A DNA stretch of 59,955 nucleotides from a virus (taxonomy: Duplodnaviria; Caudoviricetes). This document shows positions 27,043 to 35,879 of the stretch, piece by piece (within the stretch, counting starts at the first letter, position 1; each line of letters starts with the position of its first letter). The notes beneath the pieces were generated by a model. That model was not told the DNA's origin, searched no databases, and worked only from the letters and a program-made list of their open reading frames with translations. The DNA lies in the IMG/VR virus record IMGVR_UViG_3300047409_000695, positions 1 through 59,955 of that record; one strand, written 5' to 3'. The translations under genes and the position numbers were made by a program.

Positions 27043-27249
27043 ATGAAGCCGACCTATGAGATCACCGACCGCAACCACTTCGCGGCGATCGTTCGGACCG
27101 CTCGAGCGGCGCGTACGTTGATCTCTTACGGTCGACTGCCGAATTTCGGCCGGTCGATCATTACGACCGACTACCGCGCGATCTTCCCGTATTGGAACCC
27201 CAGACCGCCGATGAACATTCACCGTACCACCGGAGATCAGAACCGATGA
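27043..27249 (+). CDS. hypothetical early protein (no SD, probably leaderless)
   Basis: 68 aa, starts about 2 nt after the predicted sigma54 TSS. Confidence 0.55.
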   Translation: MKPTYEITDRNHFAAIVRTARAARTLISYGRLPNFGRSIITTDYRAIFPYWNPRPPMNIHRTTGDQNR

Positions 27250-27731
27250 AACCGACAAGCACGCCGGCGCCAGGCCTCGAGCCGATCCATTGCCCAAAAT
27301 GCCGGCATACCTGGACACCGCGGCCGGCTCGAGTTCGCAGGTTCCGAGTACCTAAGGCCTCGAGCTCGAGGCCGGCCGCGGTAAGCACGCCGGCCGCGGT
27401 CGACACGGCCGCTATGTCGACCGCCGATCTTTTAAAGCACTTCAAGCAAACGGCGCCGCTTGAAGATGTTCGGTTCATGCTGAAACACGCGCGTATGTCG
27501 GCCGGCTTGCGGTTCGCGTTCGAAGTACTCGAGGCCTCAATTCTCGAGCTCAGAATACGCAACCGAGCGGACATCTACCGCGAGTACTCGAGCCTGCAGC
27601 AGATTTGGCGCCATGAGTCCAACCGGTACCACTGGGCGATCGGTTTCCTGGCGCAATTCGTCCCGACCATGCCGGCCGATCGGTTGCTGCCGGCCGCACC
27701 GGCCGAGCTCGAGGCCGAGGCCGCGGCGTGA
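27246..27731 (+). CDS. hypothetical protein with CPKCRHTWTPR half zinc ribbon
   Basis: ATGA-coupled; GGAG RBS. Confidence 0.6.
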   Translation: MKPTSTPAPGLEPIHCPKCRHTWTPRPARVRRFRVPKASSSRPAAVSTPAAVDTAAMSTADLLKHFKQTAPLEDVRFMLKHARMSAGLRFAFEVLEASILELRIRNRADIYREYSSLQQIWRHESNRYHWAIGFLAQFVPTMPADRLLPAAPAELEAEAAA

Positions 27732-27825
27732 GTGCACGCCGGCCGGCCTCGAGACCCCACGATCCGCACTGCACTTGTAAAGGCCGCTCGAGCCGTACGC
27801 CAGGCGATCGGCTACACGTACGCCG

Positions 27826-28050
27826 ATGACAAGATCACGTTCTAATCGAGGCCGGCTCTTACGGTTTCCGCCCGTCGGCGGTACGCACTGGGCGCCAGGC
27901 CGTACGCTTTGCAGGCAATGCGGCGATCGGTTTACCCGGCTCGGAACGTGCCCGGACTGCGAACGCGGCCGGCTTGCCGATCTTCGAGCTCGAGGCCAAC
28001 TAGACCCGCTACCACTTCCGAAGCTCAAACGACGGAGATCCGCCCGATGA
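27826..28050 (+). CDS. small Zn-finger protein
   Basis: CRQCG...CPDC. Confidence 0.5.
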   Translation: MTRSRSNRGRLLRFPPVGGTHWAPGRTLCRQCGDRFTRLGTCPDCERGRLADLRARGQLDPLPLPKLKRRRSAR

Positions 28051-28154
28051 CGGCCGAAACGATCGCCTATCTGCTGATTCTGTTCGGCCTGGGGGGCGGT
28101 CTCGCACTGCTCGAGACCGAACCGCCAGCCCGCAAACGGAGATCGAAACGATGA
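28047..28154 (+). CDS. 35-aa TM peptide with basic tail
   Basis: MTAETIAYLLILFGLGGGLALLETEPPARKRRSKR*. Confidence 0.5.
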   Translation: MTAETIAYLLILFGLGGGLALLETEPPARKRRSKR

Positions 28155-30124
28155 CGTCTTCCGCTACGTATTCGCCTGATGACAACAAATTGCGGTTGTA
28201 CGCCAGTCAGCGCTTAGACGCCGAGGACTACGCCCGCGTCAAGGCTGCCGGCTTCAAATGGGCGCCACAACAAAAGATCTTCGTGGCTCCGATGTGGACT
28301 CCGGACCGCGCCGATCTTTTGCTCGAGCTCGCCGGTGAGATCGGCGACGAAGATACAAGCCTGTTAGACCGCGCCGAGGAACGGGCCGATCGTTTCGGCG
28401 ACTACAGCCAAAGCCGAAAGGCCGACGCGGTGTCAGCCGAAAACGCCGTTGATCGGATTGCTGGCGGTATTCCGTTCGGGCAACCGATCCTAGTCGGCCA
28501 TCATTCCGAACGGCACGCCAGGCGCGACGCCGAGAAGATCGAAAACGGTACCCGCCGAGCGATCAAGATGTGGGAAACCGCGAAGTACTGGCAGGACCGA
28601 GCGGCCGGCGCCATTCGGCACGCCAAGTACAAAGAGCGGCCGGACGTTCGGCACCGTCGGATCAAGGGTATCGAGGCCGATCGGCGGAAGTCTGACAAGT
28701 ACGTGACTGAGGCCCGCGGTTGGATCAAGGCCTGGGCTCAGTTGAATCACCCGTACAAAGACGGCCGGCCGGCTGACGATGACCTGCGGCAAAAGCGCGC
28801 GGAGTACATCGCGAACTATTCCCACATACATCTAGCGGCCGGCCCTGATCGACCGTTCGGCGACTCGCTATGGTCGGCCCTGGACAAGCGCACGATCACG
28901 CCTCGAGCGGCCATGCTGATCGCGCTGAAGTGTCACGGCCGGACGATCAAAGCGAACCGCCGATGGCTCGAGCACTACGACAACCGGTTAGCGTACGAAC
29001 GCGCGATGCTCGCCGAGGCCGGCGGACTGGTGACCGACCGAACCGCGTACCCGATCGTTCCTGGCGGACGCGTCCTTATCCGCGGTCAATGGCTGATGGT
29101 TTACAAAGTGAACCGCTCGAACGGCGCGATCTCGAGCGTCACAACGCAGCCGACGAAAGACGGCGGATACAGTCGGCGAGCCATCTGGCAGATCGAAAAC
29201 ATCAAGGACTATCAGCCGCCGACCGACGCGGCCGACATCAAGACGGCGAAGGCCTCGACGAAGCAACCGCCGATCGTGAATTACCCGGGCGACGGCTTCC
29301 GACCGATGACCGCGGCCGAGTTCAAGGATGCACAGAAATTCCAGTCGACCGGCTACACCGTGATCAAGGCGACCGCGACGCACGCCGCACACCGGCAGCG
29401 CTACCGAATCCGCGGCGGCGAGTACATCTACCTGTTCATTACCGACGCCAAGGTCGTAGAGCGGCCGTTACTGGACGACACACCGACACCGCCCGATCCG
29501 CCTAAACGGGTCTACGCCGAGACTCCCGAGCCGGCGCCGCGGCCGTACGTGCCAGCACCCGAGACCACTCGAGCCGAAGAGCTCCGGAACAGCATCAAGG
29601 GGGGCGTGCAAGTGGTCTCGGCCCCGCAACTGTTCCCGACGCCGGCGCCAGTCGCTGAGAAGATGGCCGAGCTCGCCGACCTGCAAGACGGCTTGTGCGT
29701 GCTCGAGCCGTCGGCCGGCACGGGCAACCTCGTTGCCGCAGTCCTCGATCGGGTCGATACCGAGGTACTCGCGTACGAGATCAATTCCGAGCTCTGCAAA
29801 CAGCTTGCGAAGAAGTGGCCATCGTTCAAGCTGCAGGTTCGGCGAGCCGATTTCCTCGAGGTCACGGATTACCAAGGGTGTTACCCGCGGATCCTGATGA
29901 ATCCGCCCTTTGTGAACGGGTCCGACATCAAGCACATACAGCACGCGCGTACGTTCCTGGCGCCTGGCGGTGTGCTGGTCTCGGTCTGCGCGGACGGACC
30001 GCGCCAGCGTGAACAACTGATGCCCGAGGCCGAGGCCTGGATCCCGTTGCCGGCCGGCTCATTCGCCGACCAGGGCACCAACGTCAACACCGCGATCGTG
30101 ATCTTCACACGTCCAAAGGAGTAG
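28151..30124 (+). CDS. DUF3560 domain fused to amino (N6A/N4C-type) DNA methyltransferase
   Basis: ATYSPDDNKLRLY...GFKWAP...GQPILVGHHSERHARRD (DUF3560); VLEPSAGTG (motif I) and ILMNPPF (motif IV). Confidence 0.85.
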   Translation: MTSSATYSPDDNKLRLYASQRLDAEDYARVKAAGFKWAPQQKIFVAPMWTPDRADLLLELAGEIGDEDTSLLDRAEERADRFGDYSQSRKADAVSAENAVDRIAGGIPFGQPILVGHHSERHARRDAEKIENGTRRAIKMWETAKYWQDRAAGAIRHAKYKERPDVRHRRIKGIEADRRKSDKYVTEARGWIKAWAQLNHPYKDGRPADDDLRQKRAEYIANYSHIHLAAGPDRPFGDSLWSALDKRTITPRAAMLIALKCHGRTIKANRRWLEHYDNRLAYERAMLAEAGGLVTDRTAYPIVPGGRVLIRGQWLMVYKVNRSNGAISSVTTQPTKDGGYSRRAIWQIENIKDYQPPTDAADIKTAKASTKQPPIVNYPGDGFRPMTAAEFKDAQKFQSTGYTVIKATATHAAHRQRYRIRGGEYIYLFITDAKVVERPLLDDTPTPPDPPKRVYAETPEPAPRPYVPAPETTRAEELRNSIKGGVQVVSAPQLFPTPAPVAEKMAELADLQDGLCVLEPSAGTGNLVAAVLDRVDTEVLAYEINSELCKQLAKKWPSFKLQVRRADFLEVTDYQGCYPRILMNPPFVNGSDIKHIQHARTFLAPGGVLVSVCADGPRQREQLMPEAEAWIPLPAGSFADQGTNVNTAIVIFTRPKE

Positions 30125-30127
30125 ACC

Positions 30128-30355
30128 ATGAGACCGAATCGATCCCGCATTGCCCTGGCTGCCGTCCTGCTCGCCGTCCTGGCCTCGAGCGCCGTTGCTC
30201 AGTCGAAGGTGTACGTGTCGGCGAGCGGGAAGAAGTACCACACGCACGCCGACTGCCGAGCGCTGAAGTCCTCGACGGTCAAAACGATCGACCTGAAAGA
30301 CATCGGCGATCGGACGCTTTGCGCGATCTGCGCACACCGGAAAGCCGGCAAGTGA
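30128..30355 (+). CDS. secreted small protein with KYH...C...CxxC metal-binding domain
   Basis: signal peptide ...SSAVA|QSK; VYVSASGKKYHTHADCRAL...CAIC. Confidence 0.7.
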   Translation: MRPNRSRIALAAVLLAVLASSAVAQSKVYVSASGKKYHTHADCRALKSSTVKTIDLKDIGDRTLCAICAHRKAGK

Positions 30356-30901
30356 TCCGCCGACTCCGTATCGGCTCGAGGGACTCAACACACGTCGTCG
30401 ACCTGTCGTGGGCGGGCTGGATTTCCTGCCAGGAACTTGACCGCGTCAAGGCCCTGGCCGTCGACGAAACCGCGATCAATGTCACGTTTCGATCGGGAGC
30501 CGGCAAAACGAACATGGACGTAACACGACTGGCCGACGACGCCGAGCTCTCCCGGTGAACGACACGATCCGAATCGAGTACGACCGCGGCCGGCAGCTTG
30601 TGAACCTGATGATGGGGAACTACTGCATTGATCAGATGACGATCCGGCAGTACGAAGGCATCTTCGGGCTGATGGCCGCGGTCGACCTGGCGAGGGACCG
30701 ATGAATCTCGACGAAGTGATCCGACTGATTACCGAGGCTTGGCCACAACGGTACACTCGAGGCCGGTTGACGCACATTCACCGGAACGCCGTGAAAACCT
30801 CGAGCGGCGCGACGGTGCACTTGCGGGTCATGATCCAAACGATCGACGAAAGCCCGAACCCTGAGCCGACTCCCCCAAGGAAGATCGTGACTGAGCTATG
30901 A
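30352..30901 (+). CDS. three small coupled ORFs (30352-30558, 30555-30704, 30701-30901)
   Basis: GTGA/ATGA overlaps. Confidence 0.45.
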
Positions 30902-31173
30902 AGACCCTATTTGTCGCCTTAGCGCTGGCTCGAGCTCTCGACGCGGCGAGTACGTGCGATGCGCTGAGTCGCGGCGCGACGGAACGTAACCCCTTGGTCG
31001 CCGGCGGTTCGTGTAAGGCCTCGATCGTCTTCGAGGCCGGCGTGACAACCGGGCAAACGATCGCCCTGCACTCGTTGAACAAGACGCACCCGAAGATTGC
31101 GAAAACCCTGGCGATCGTGTCCATCGCCGTCGAAGGCTGGATGATCGCGCACAATTCCCAGGTCAACCGATGA
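30898..31173 (+). CDS. DUF5658-like membrane protein
   Basis: LDAAST...L.RGATERNPL motif plus hydrophobic helices. Confidence 0.6.
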   Translation: MKTLFVALALARALDAASTCDALSRGATERNPLVAGGSCKASIVFEAGVTTGQTIALHSLNKTHPKIAKTLAIVSIAVEGWMIAHNSQVNR

Positions 31174-31409
31174 ATCCACTACTCGAGACGCCGGCTCTTC
31201 GCGACATGCGTCAGATTGCCTCTGATATCGGGCTGTCGGGCCGCGTGCGAGCCATTCTCGAGTGTCAACGCCATCACACCGGCCGGTGCGATCTGTGTAT
31301 CCACCGCGCCGAAGAAGCCTTGATCCTTCTGGGCGTACCGCCCGAACAGACTCGGCTGATCGGCCGGCTCGAACAACTCGAGCCGGGCGACGTCGATCCA
31401 CGCGACTAA
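31170..31409 (+). CDS. hypothetical protein (C/H-rich)
   Basis: CQRHHTGRCDLC. Confidence 0.5.
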   Translation: MNPLLETPALRDMRQIASDIGLSGRVRAILECQRHHTGRCDLCIHRAEEALILLGVPPEQTRLIGRLEQLEPGDVDPRD

Positions 31410-31431
31410 CAACCGAAAGGGGGTGACAACA

Positions 31432-31509
31432 ATGGACTTCACAATCTACGCCGTGCTGGTCTGGGGCGCGTTCTGCGACGGCCTTGACTCCGTCATCTGG
31501 GACAACTAA
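31432..31509 (+). CDS. 25-aa hydrophobic peptide
   Basis: AGGGGGTG RBS; MDFTIYAVLVWGAFCDGLDSVIWDN*. Confidence 0.4.
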   Translation: MDFTIYAVLVWGAFCDGLDSVIWDN

Positions 31510-31514
31510 CGACC

Positions 31515-31550
31515 AAGGGGCGGGAACGGCTGGTACCCGTTTCCGCCCTT
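31515..31550. terminator. hairpin between the convergent early and replication operons
   Basis: aaggggcgggaacgg-ctggtac-ccgtttccgccctt. Confidence 0.65.
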
Positions 31551-31553
31551 CGA

Positions 31554-32906
31554 CTATAACGCCAGGTTCTCGAATTTCGTAATCTCTTTCCGAAACAACA
31601 CCCGGACCGATCCCGTCGACAGGCCGCGGTTCTTCGCCACAATCAGTTCAACGACGCCTTTCTGGATTTCCTCTTCCACGATTTGATCCGTTCGCTTTTT
31701 GGCGCGTACCTTCCGCTTGGGCGCCTTCGACGGGTCGAAAATCAGGATGACCGAATCGGCGTCTTGCTCGAGCGAGCCCGAGCCTCGCAGGTCGCTGAGT
31801 AGCGGCCGGCCGTCTTGCCGAGCATCCGGCGCGCGGTTCAACTGGCAGCAGATGATGATCGGCACGCCGAGGTCTTTCGACAAGACTTTCAGGGACCGAG
31901 AGATCCCGGTCAGCTTCTCGTTTTCGTTCTCGTTTTTCCTCGAGGTCGGAAGGCCGTTCATCAACTGGACGTAGTCGACCACGACCAGGGCTAACCCGTG
32001 TTCCAACTGCATTCGGCGAGCCTTGGCCCGCAACGTGATCGGCGTCAGGTCCGTTGTGTCGTCGATGTACAACGGAATCGTTTCGAACATCTCGACGGCG
32101 CGGTTGATGCGGTTCCAGTCGTCCGGCGTGCACTTTTCGTCGGCGAGGTCTTCGATGTTCACCCGAGACTCGCTCGAGACCAACTGCAGCCGGAGCTCTT
32201 CCCGCGATTGCTCGAGCGCGAACACCGCAACCGGGTCGCCCCCCTTCGCGACGGCCGTGGCGAGGTTCAGGACCAGGCTTGTCTTGCCGTCCCCGGGCCG
32301 TCCTGCGACGACCAGGAGCTTACCCGGCCGCAACCCCCTGATCTTCCGGTCGAGCGCCTGTAGGCCCGTTCTGTGGCCCCAGGCCGTGCTTGACGGGTCG
32401 GCCAGGGCCAACAGTTGCGTCATGGTTTCGGAGAGGCCGTCTTGGACCGGCACGAGGCCGACGCCGGTCGCTTGCTGCGACAACAGCAGGAGATCGGTAA
32501 AGGCGACGTCGACGATCGCCCCGGCCGGTTCCTTGGCTTCGTACGCCTGGCTGACGGCCTTCGTGCCGGCGGCGATGATCCCGCGGAGTATCGCCAGGTC
32601 TCGGACGATCGTCGCGTAGTGGTCGACGTTGGTCGACCGCGGCACGCCATCGGTCAACGACGCCACGTACGCCGGCCCGCCTACCTTCTCGAGCTCGCCG
32701 GCTTTCAACAACCCGTCGACCATGAGGACGGTATCGACGGCCGGCATCTTGAGAATCAGGCGGAAGATGACCGAGTGCGCCATCCGGAAGAAGTCTTCCG
32801 GCTTCAGGATGCTGGCCGCGGTCGGAATGAGGTCGCCGTATAGAAGGCAAGCGCCGAGCACGGCTTTCTCGGCCTCGAGGTTATGAGGGGCGACGCGGTC
32901 CGACAT
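31554..32906 (-). CDS. dnaB: replicative DNA helicase
   Basis: APHNLEAEKAVLG N-domain; AGRPGDGKT Walker A; VVDYVQL; QLNR; DLRGSGSLEQDAD. Confidence 0.95.
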   Translation of the reverse strand: MSDRVAPHNLEAEKAVLGACLLYGDLIPTAASILKPEDFFRMAHSVIFRLILKMPAVDTVLMVDGLLKAGELEKVGGPAYVASLTDGVPRSTNVDHYATIVRDLAILRGIIAAGTKAVSQAYEAKEPAGAIVDVAFTDLLLLSQQATGVGLVPVQDGLSETMTQLLALADPSSTAWGHRTGLQALDRKIRGLRPGKLLVVAGRPGDGKTSLVLNLATAVAKGGDPVAVFALEQSREELRLQLVSSESRVNIEDLADEKCTPDDWNRINRAVEMFETIPLYIDDTTDLTPITLRAKARRMQLEHGLALVVVDYVQLMNGLPTSRKNENENEKLTGISRSLKVLSKDLGVPIIICCQLNRAPDARQDGRPLLSDLRGSGSLEQDADSVILIFDPSKAPKRKVRAKKRTDQIVEEEIQKGVVELIVAKNRGLSTGSVRVLFRKEITKFENLAL

Positions 32907-33688
32907 TATGCCCGAGCCGCCGACGCGCCGCCGAACTCGTCCTTGAGCATCTCCGCAAAGCACTTCTCGAGGTACAACGCCGGATGATCGGTGCCTGAGA
33001 ACTCGGCATCCCAGTCGTGGTACATGCCGGTCCGGTCAGGGTCGGAGATCAGTAGGTAGTTCCCAGGCTCCCCCCCAGCCGCCTGAATCCTGGCCTCGAA
33101 CCGCAGGTGCTTGTCGAGGTCGACGCAGAAGTGCGACCCGCAGAACACATGCCCGTCGTGCCGGCTCCGTCTCTTCCGGCGTGCAGTCACCGGTACCGGC
33201 TTCAAATCCGGTCGGCGGTTGTGTAGTTCTTCGGTTGCGTTTCGAGGGACGCCTGTACTGGGTATGGGTACTTGGGTATGGATCTCCTTATTGCTACCGC
33301 AGATCTGCGGCTGGGTAGCCGCAGGATTGCGTCTTAGGGGGTCGCCCTGAACCGCAGGATTGCGGTTTAGGGTTGGGTCGACTTGAACCAGGTGGTACTT
33401 GAGCCGTTCAAGGTGCCCTGACTCCCCAGAGACCCGCTCGGTCAGAATCGCCCCGACATCTCGCAACGCTTTGAGGTCACGTTGGATACGGTCAACGGAA
33501 CACGACAGATCGTCGGCCAGTGCGGTCTGTAGCGGCCAACACTCGAGGTCGTGCCCTGCACAGTATTTCGCGGCCAACCAGGCGTACAGCCGCAAGGCGC
33601 CAGGACTTTTACATCGAAGAATCAACCAGAGGGGAACGATCGCGAACGGACCGATCTGTAACGTGATAGGACGTGGACTAGCGGCCAA
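32906..33688 (-). CDS. HTH replication initiator (lambda O-like arrangement)
   Basis: FAIVPLWL...ALRLYAWL...CWPLQTALADDLSCSVDRIQRDLKALRDVG wHTH; upstream of dnaB; internal iterons. Confidence 0.75.
   Translation of the reverse strand: MAASPRPITLQIGPFAIVPLWLILRCKSPGALRLYAWLAAKYCAGHDLECWPLQTALADDLSCSVDRIQRDLKALRDVGAILTERVSGESGHLERLKYHLVQVDPTLNRNPAVQGDPLRRNPAATQPQICGSNKEIHTQVPIPSTGVPRNATEELHNRRPDLKPVPVTARRKRRSRHDGHVFCGSHFCVDLDKHLRFEARIQAAGGEPGNYLLISDPDRTGMYHDWDAEFSGTDHPALYLEKCFAEMLKDEFGGASAARA
33257..33366. repeat. putative replication origin: iterons inside the initiator gene
   Basis: ccgcagatctgcgg (33297), ccgcaggattgcgt (33319), accgcaggattgcggt (33351); tgggtatgg twice at 33259-33281. Confidence 0.65.
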
Positions 33689-33694
33689 TCTTCA

Positions 33695-33793
33695 CCCCAG
33701 GACTGAAAGTTAAGCCGGGCCGCTCCGTCATTACCGACAGATCCTGGGCTGTCGATTCTGACAGAGCGCGCGGGCGCTGGCGCACCACCCGGC
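33695..33793 (-). ncRNA. structured 5' leader (three-way junction plus pseudoknot) of the initiator gene
   Basis: P1 gccggg/cccggc; P2 ggugc/gcgcc; P3 cgcucuguca/ugacggagcg; P4 ucgacag/cugucgg; loop cccagga pairs with uccuggg at the RBS. Confidence 0.55.
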
Positions 33794-33828
33794 GCCGCAG
33801 AGCTTACTACAGGTTTCGACAGGTCAGA

Positions 33829-34275
33829 TCAAGCGATTCGAACAGGCTCGGCGACGTTCGCCACTTCCATCGTCATCGGTTCCTTAGCTAAGGAAGCCGC
33901 GGCGACCAGAGCGACGAAGGCCTCGAGCGCGGCGCGGGAATCGATCAGGCCGGCGCCGTTCCGTGTGCCCGTGGCGACACACCCGAGTAGTTGCATGGCC
34001 CGGTTCGCGGCGTGCACGCGGATCCCGACGCGCGGGTCTTCCGTGATCAGGTGATGGTCGGGCACGATGATTTCCGGTAGCCGGTACTGCGGGTCCGGCG
34101 TCCAGAGCTCGCCTTTCGCGGCGCGCGCAGAGACCGTGAACAACATCGCGAAGACGCCGAGCGGAATCCGTTTCGAGGTCCGCTCGAGGCACGCGCAGAA
34201 CTTCCGGTCGTTCACGTACAGATCCCCAGGCAACGACTCGCCGTCGGCCGGCAACCTCTCGACTCTGACGATCAT
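33829..34275 (-). CDS. DUF5675-family protein (candidate endolysin)
   Basis: GDLYVND.KFC.CLE...IP.G...R.GIRVHAAN...LLGCVATG...SRAA. Confidence 0.75.
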   Translation of the reverse strand: MIVRVERLPADGESLPGDLYVNDRKFCACLERTSKRIPLGVFAMLFTVSARAAKGELWTPDPQYRLPEIIVPDHHLITEDPRVGIRVHAANRAMQLLGCVATGTRNGAGLIDSRAALEAFVALVAAASLAKEPMTMEVANVAEPVRIA

Positions 34276-35681
34276 GTGAGCTCCACAAGGAAAGCGTCTT
34301 GCCGGAACGAGTTCCCTTCCCAGGCCGCGGCGCCGGCGTCCGCCCCCAAGGTCTTTTCCCAGTTCGACGTGAACAGGCACCACTTGCCGTCAGGCGACAC
34401 CTGGGGTTTCGGCAGGTACCAGTAGCCGTAATTCCCGTTCGGGTTGACGTCGGACGCGATGTTCGAGCGGTGATGACAGAACCGATACACGACGGTCGGA
34501 CCGACGCGGGTCTCGATCGCCACGATCTCATCGTCCCATTCCCGCCAGGCGATCAGGTTGTTCCCGTAGTACCGGTAGTTCCCGACGAACACCGGCAGCA
34601 AGGCGCCCGGCTTCGCGTTCCACCAGGACATATGGTTGCTGATTTGGAAATTCGTCGGCTTCGGGTACGGGGTAATCAGTTCCCGCACGCTGTTGACCGT
34701 GAGGTAGTCCCGGAACAGGGTTTCCGCGCCGTCGTTGTCGTCCGGGCTGTTGATCCCGCACGCAAAGCCCGCGGCCCCATGCCCGCCGTTTTCCGTCGTC
34801 ACGGGCGTAATCGTGCCGGCCTGGGTATCCCAGAGGTACGCCGGAATGACTTTCGGGTTCGCGGCCATGCTCGCCGACGACGGGCCGAGCCACACGTACC
34901 GGCCGGTGAGGTCGATCCCGGCAAAATGCAGCTTCGTCGACGGAATCCGCGCGTCGTTCAACGTGTCGAGCACTCGGATCTTGTTCTGGTCGAGTGAGAG
35001 TCCATCAGCCGACAACCCCGCGCAGAGCACGTAATGGTCGTCATCCTGCGACTGCCCGCCGAAGAGCGCGATCAGGACGTTGTTCCGGACGGCGATCCCC
35101 CGCGCGTACGTCCGCGGGTTCAACAGGTTGACGCTCGAGGGAAGCAACGTCTGCAGTTGCACCACGTCCTTGACGGTGCCGGCCACGGCTTCCCAGGCGG
35201 CAACGGTGGGCGCCGGATTCGCCCCGCCGACGTTCCGACTGACACGGCCGTACGCCAGTACGCCGGCGTCCCCGAAGTCCGGCTCGGTCTCGAGCGGCGC
35301 GTCGATCAACATCGACGCCTGCATCGAATCCGGGTTGAGCTTGAACGATCGGTTCGTCCCGCCCGTGGTCGTCAGGACGAATGTTCTCGAGTCCGCGGCC
35401 CAGCATCGGCCCGTCGACGGCGTCCGGAACGACGACCCGCCCATGCTCTTGTCGTCGGTCACTCGCAAGATCCGCTGACCGAACGTCGGGTCGGGAAAGA
35501 TGAACCCGGCCGGCCCGAGCGACGGCCGAGCCGGCTTCGGACGAACGATCCGATCCGTGATGGCTTTCGGATACGGCACGACCGGTGCAGATGGCAGCAT
35601 CAGCGCGATCGTTTCGGCATCGGCCTGGATAGTCAGGGCGTTTGTTTGAATGCGGGCAAGCAGCGTCTGGGGGGTATCCAT
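34272..35681 (-). CDS. beta-propeller (TolB/PD40-like) protein
   Basis: DPTFGQRILRVTD...WAADS...PQVSPDGKWCLFTSNW; ATG 35681 lies after a TAAGAT -10. Confidence 0.6.
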   Translation of the reverse strand: MDTPQTLLARIQTNALTIQADAETIALMLPSAPVVPYPKAITDRIVRPKPARPSLGPAGFIFPDPTFGQRILRVTDDKSMGGSSFRTPSTGRCWAADSRTFVLTTTGGTNRSFKLNPDSMQASMLIDAPLETEPDFGDAGVLAYGRVSRNVGGANPAPTVAAWEAVAGTVKDVVQLQTLLPSSVNLLNPRTYARGIAVRNNVLIALFGGQSQDDDHYVLCAGLSADGLSLDQNKIRVLDTLNDARIPSTKLHFAGIDLTGRYVWLGPSSASMAANPKVIPAYLWDTQAGTITPVTTENGGHGAAGFACGINSPDDNDGAETLFRDYLTVNSVRELITPYPKPTNFQISNHMSWWNAKPGALLPVFVGNYRYYGNNLIAWREWDDEIVAIETRVGPTVVYRFCHHRSNIASDVNPNGNYGYWYLPKPQVSPDGKWCLFTSNWEKTLGADAGAAAWEGNSFRQDAFLVELT

Positions 35682-35689
35682 GGCGGTGG

Positions 35690-35719
35690 ATCTTACGCCC
35701 GCCGGTCTTGAAAGGACAA
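35690..35719 (-). promoter_or_regulatory. sigma70-type promoter, leaderless
   Basis: TTGTCC-N18-TAAGAT, 8 nt before the ATG at 35681. Confidence 0.5.
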
Positions 35720-35723
35720 CGTG

Positions 35724-35879
35724 ATGCCAGTCACCGTGGTCGCCCTGTTCGTTCTGATAGCGCTCTTCTGCACGATCGCGCACTTATGTGGATACCGACC
35801 GATGCAGTCGCTGGGCGTCGCCGTCCTTCTGCTCTGTGTCGTAGAACTGCTGAAGTTCTATCCCGCCGGCGGGCACTGA
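35724..35879 (+). CDS. 51-aa two-TM membrane protein, opposite strand
   Basis: AAAGGA RBS; MPVTVVALFVLIALFCTIAHLCGYRPMQSLGVAVLLLCVVELLKFYPAGGH*. Confidence 0.6.
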   Translation: MPVTVVALFVLIALFCTIAHLCGYRPMQSLGVAVLLLCVVELLKFYPAGGH

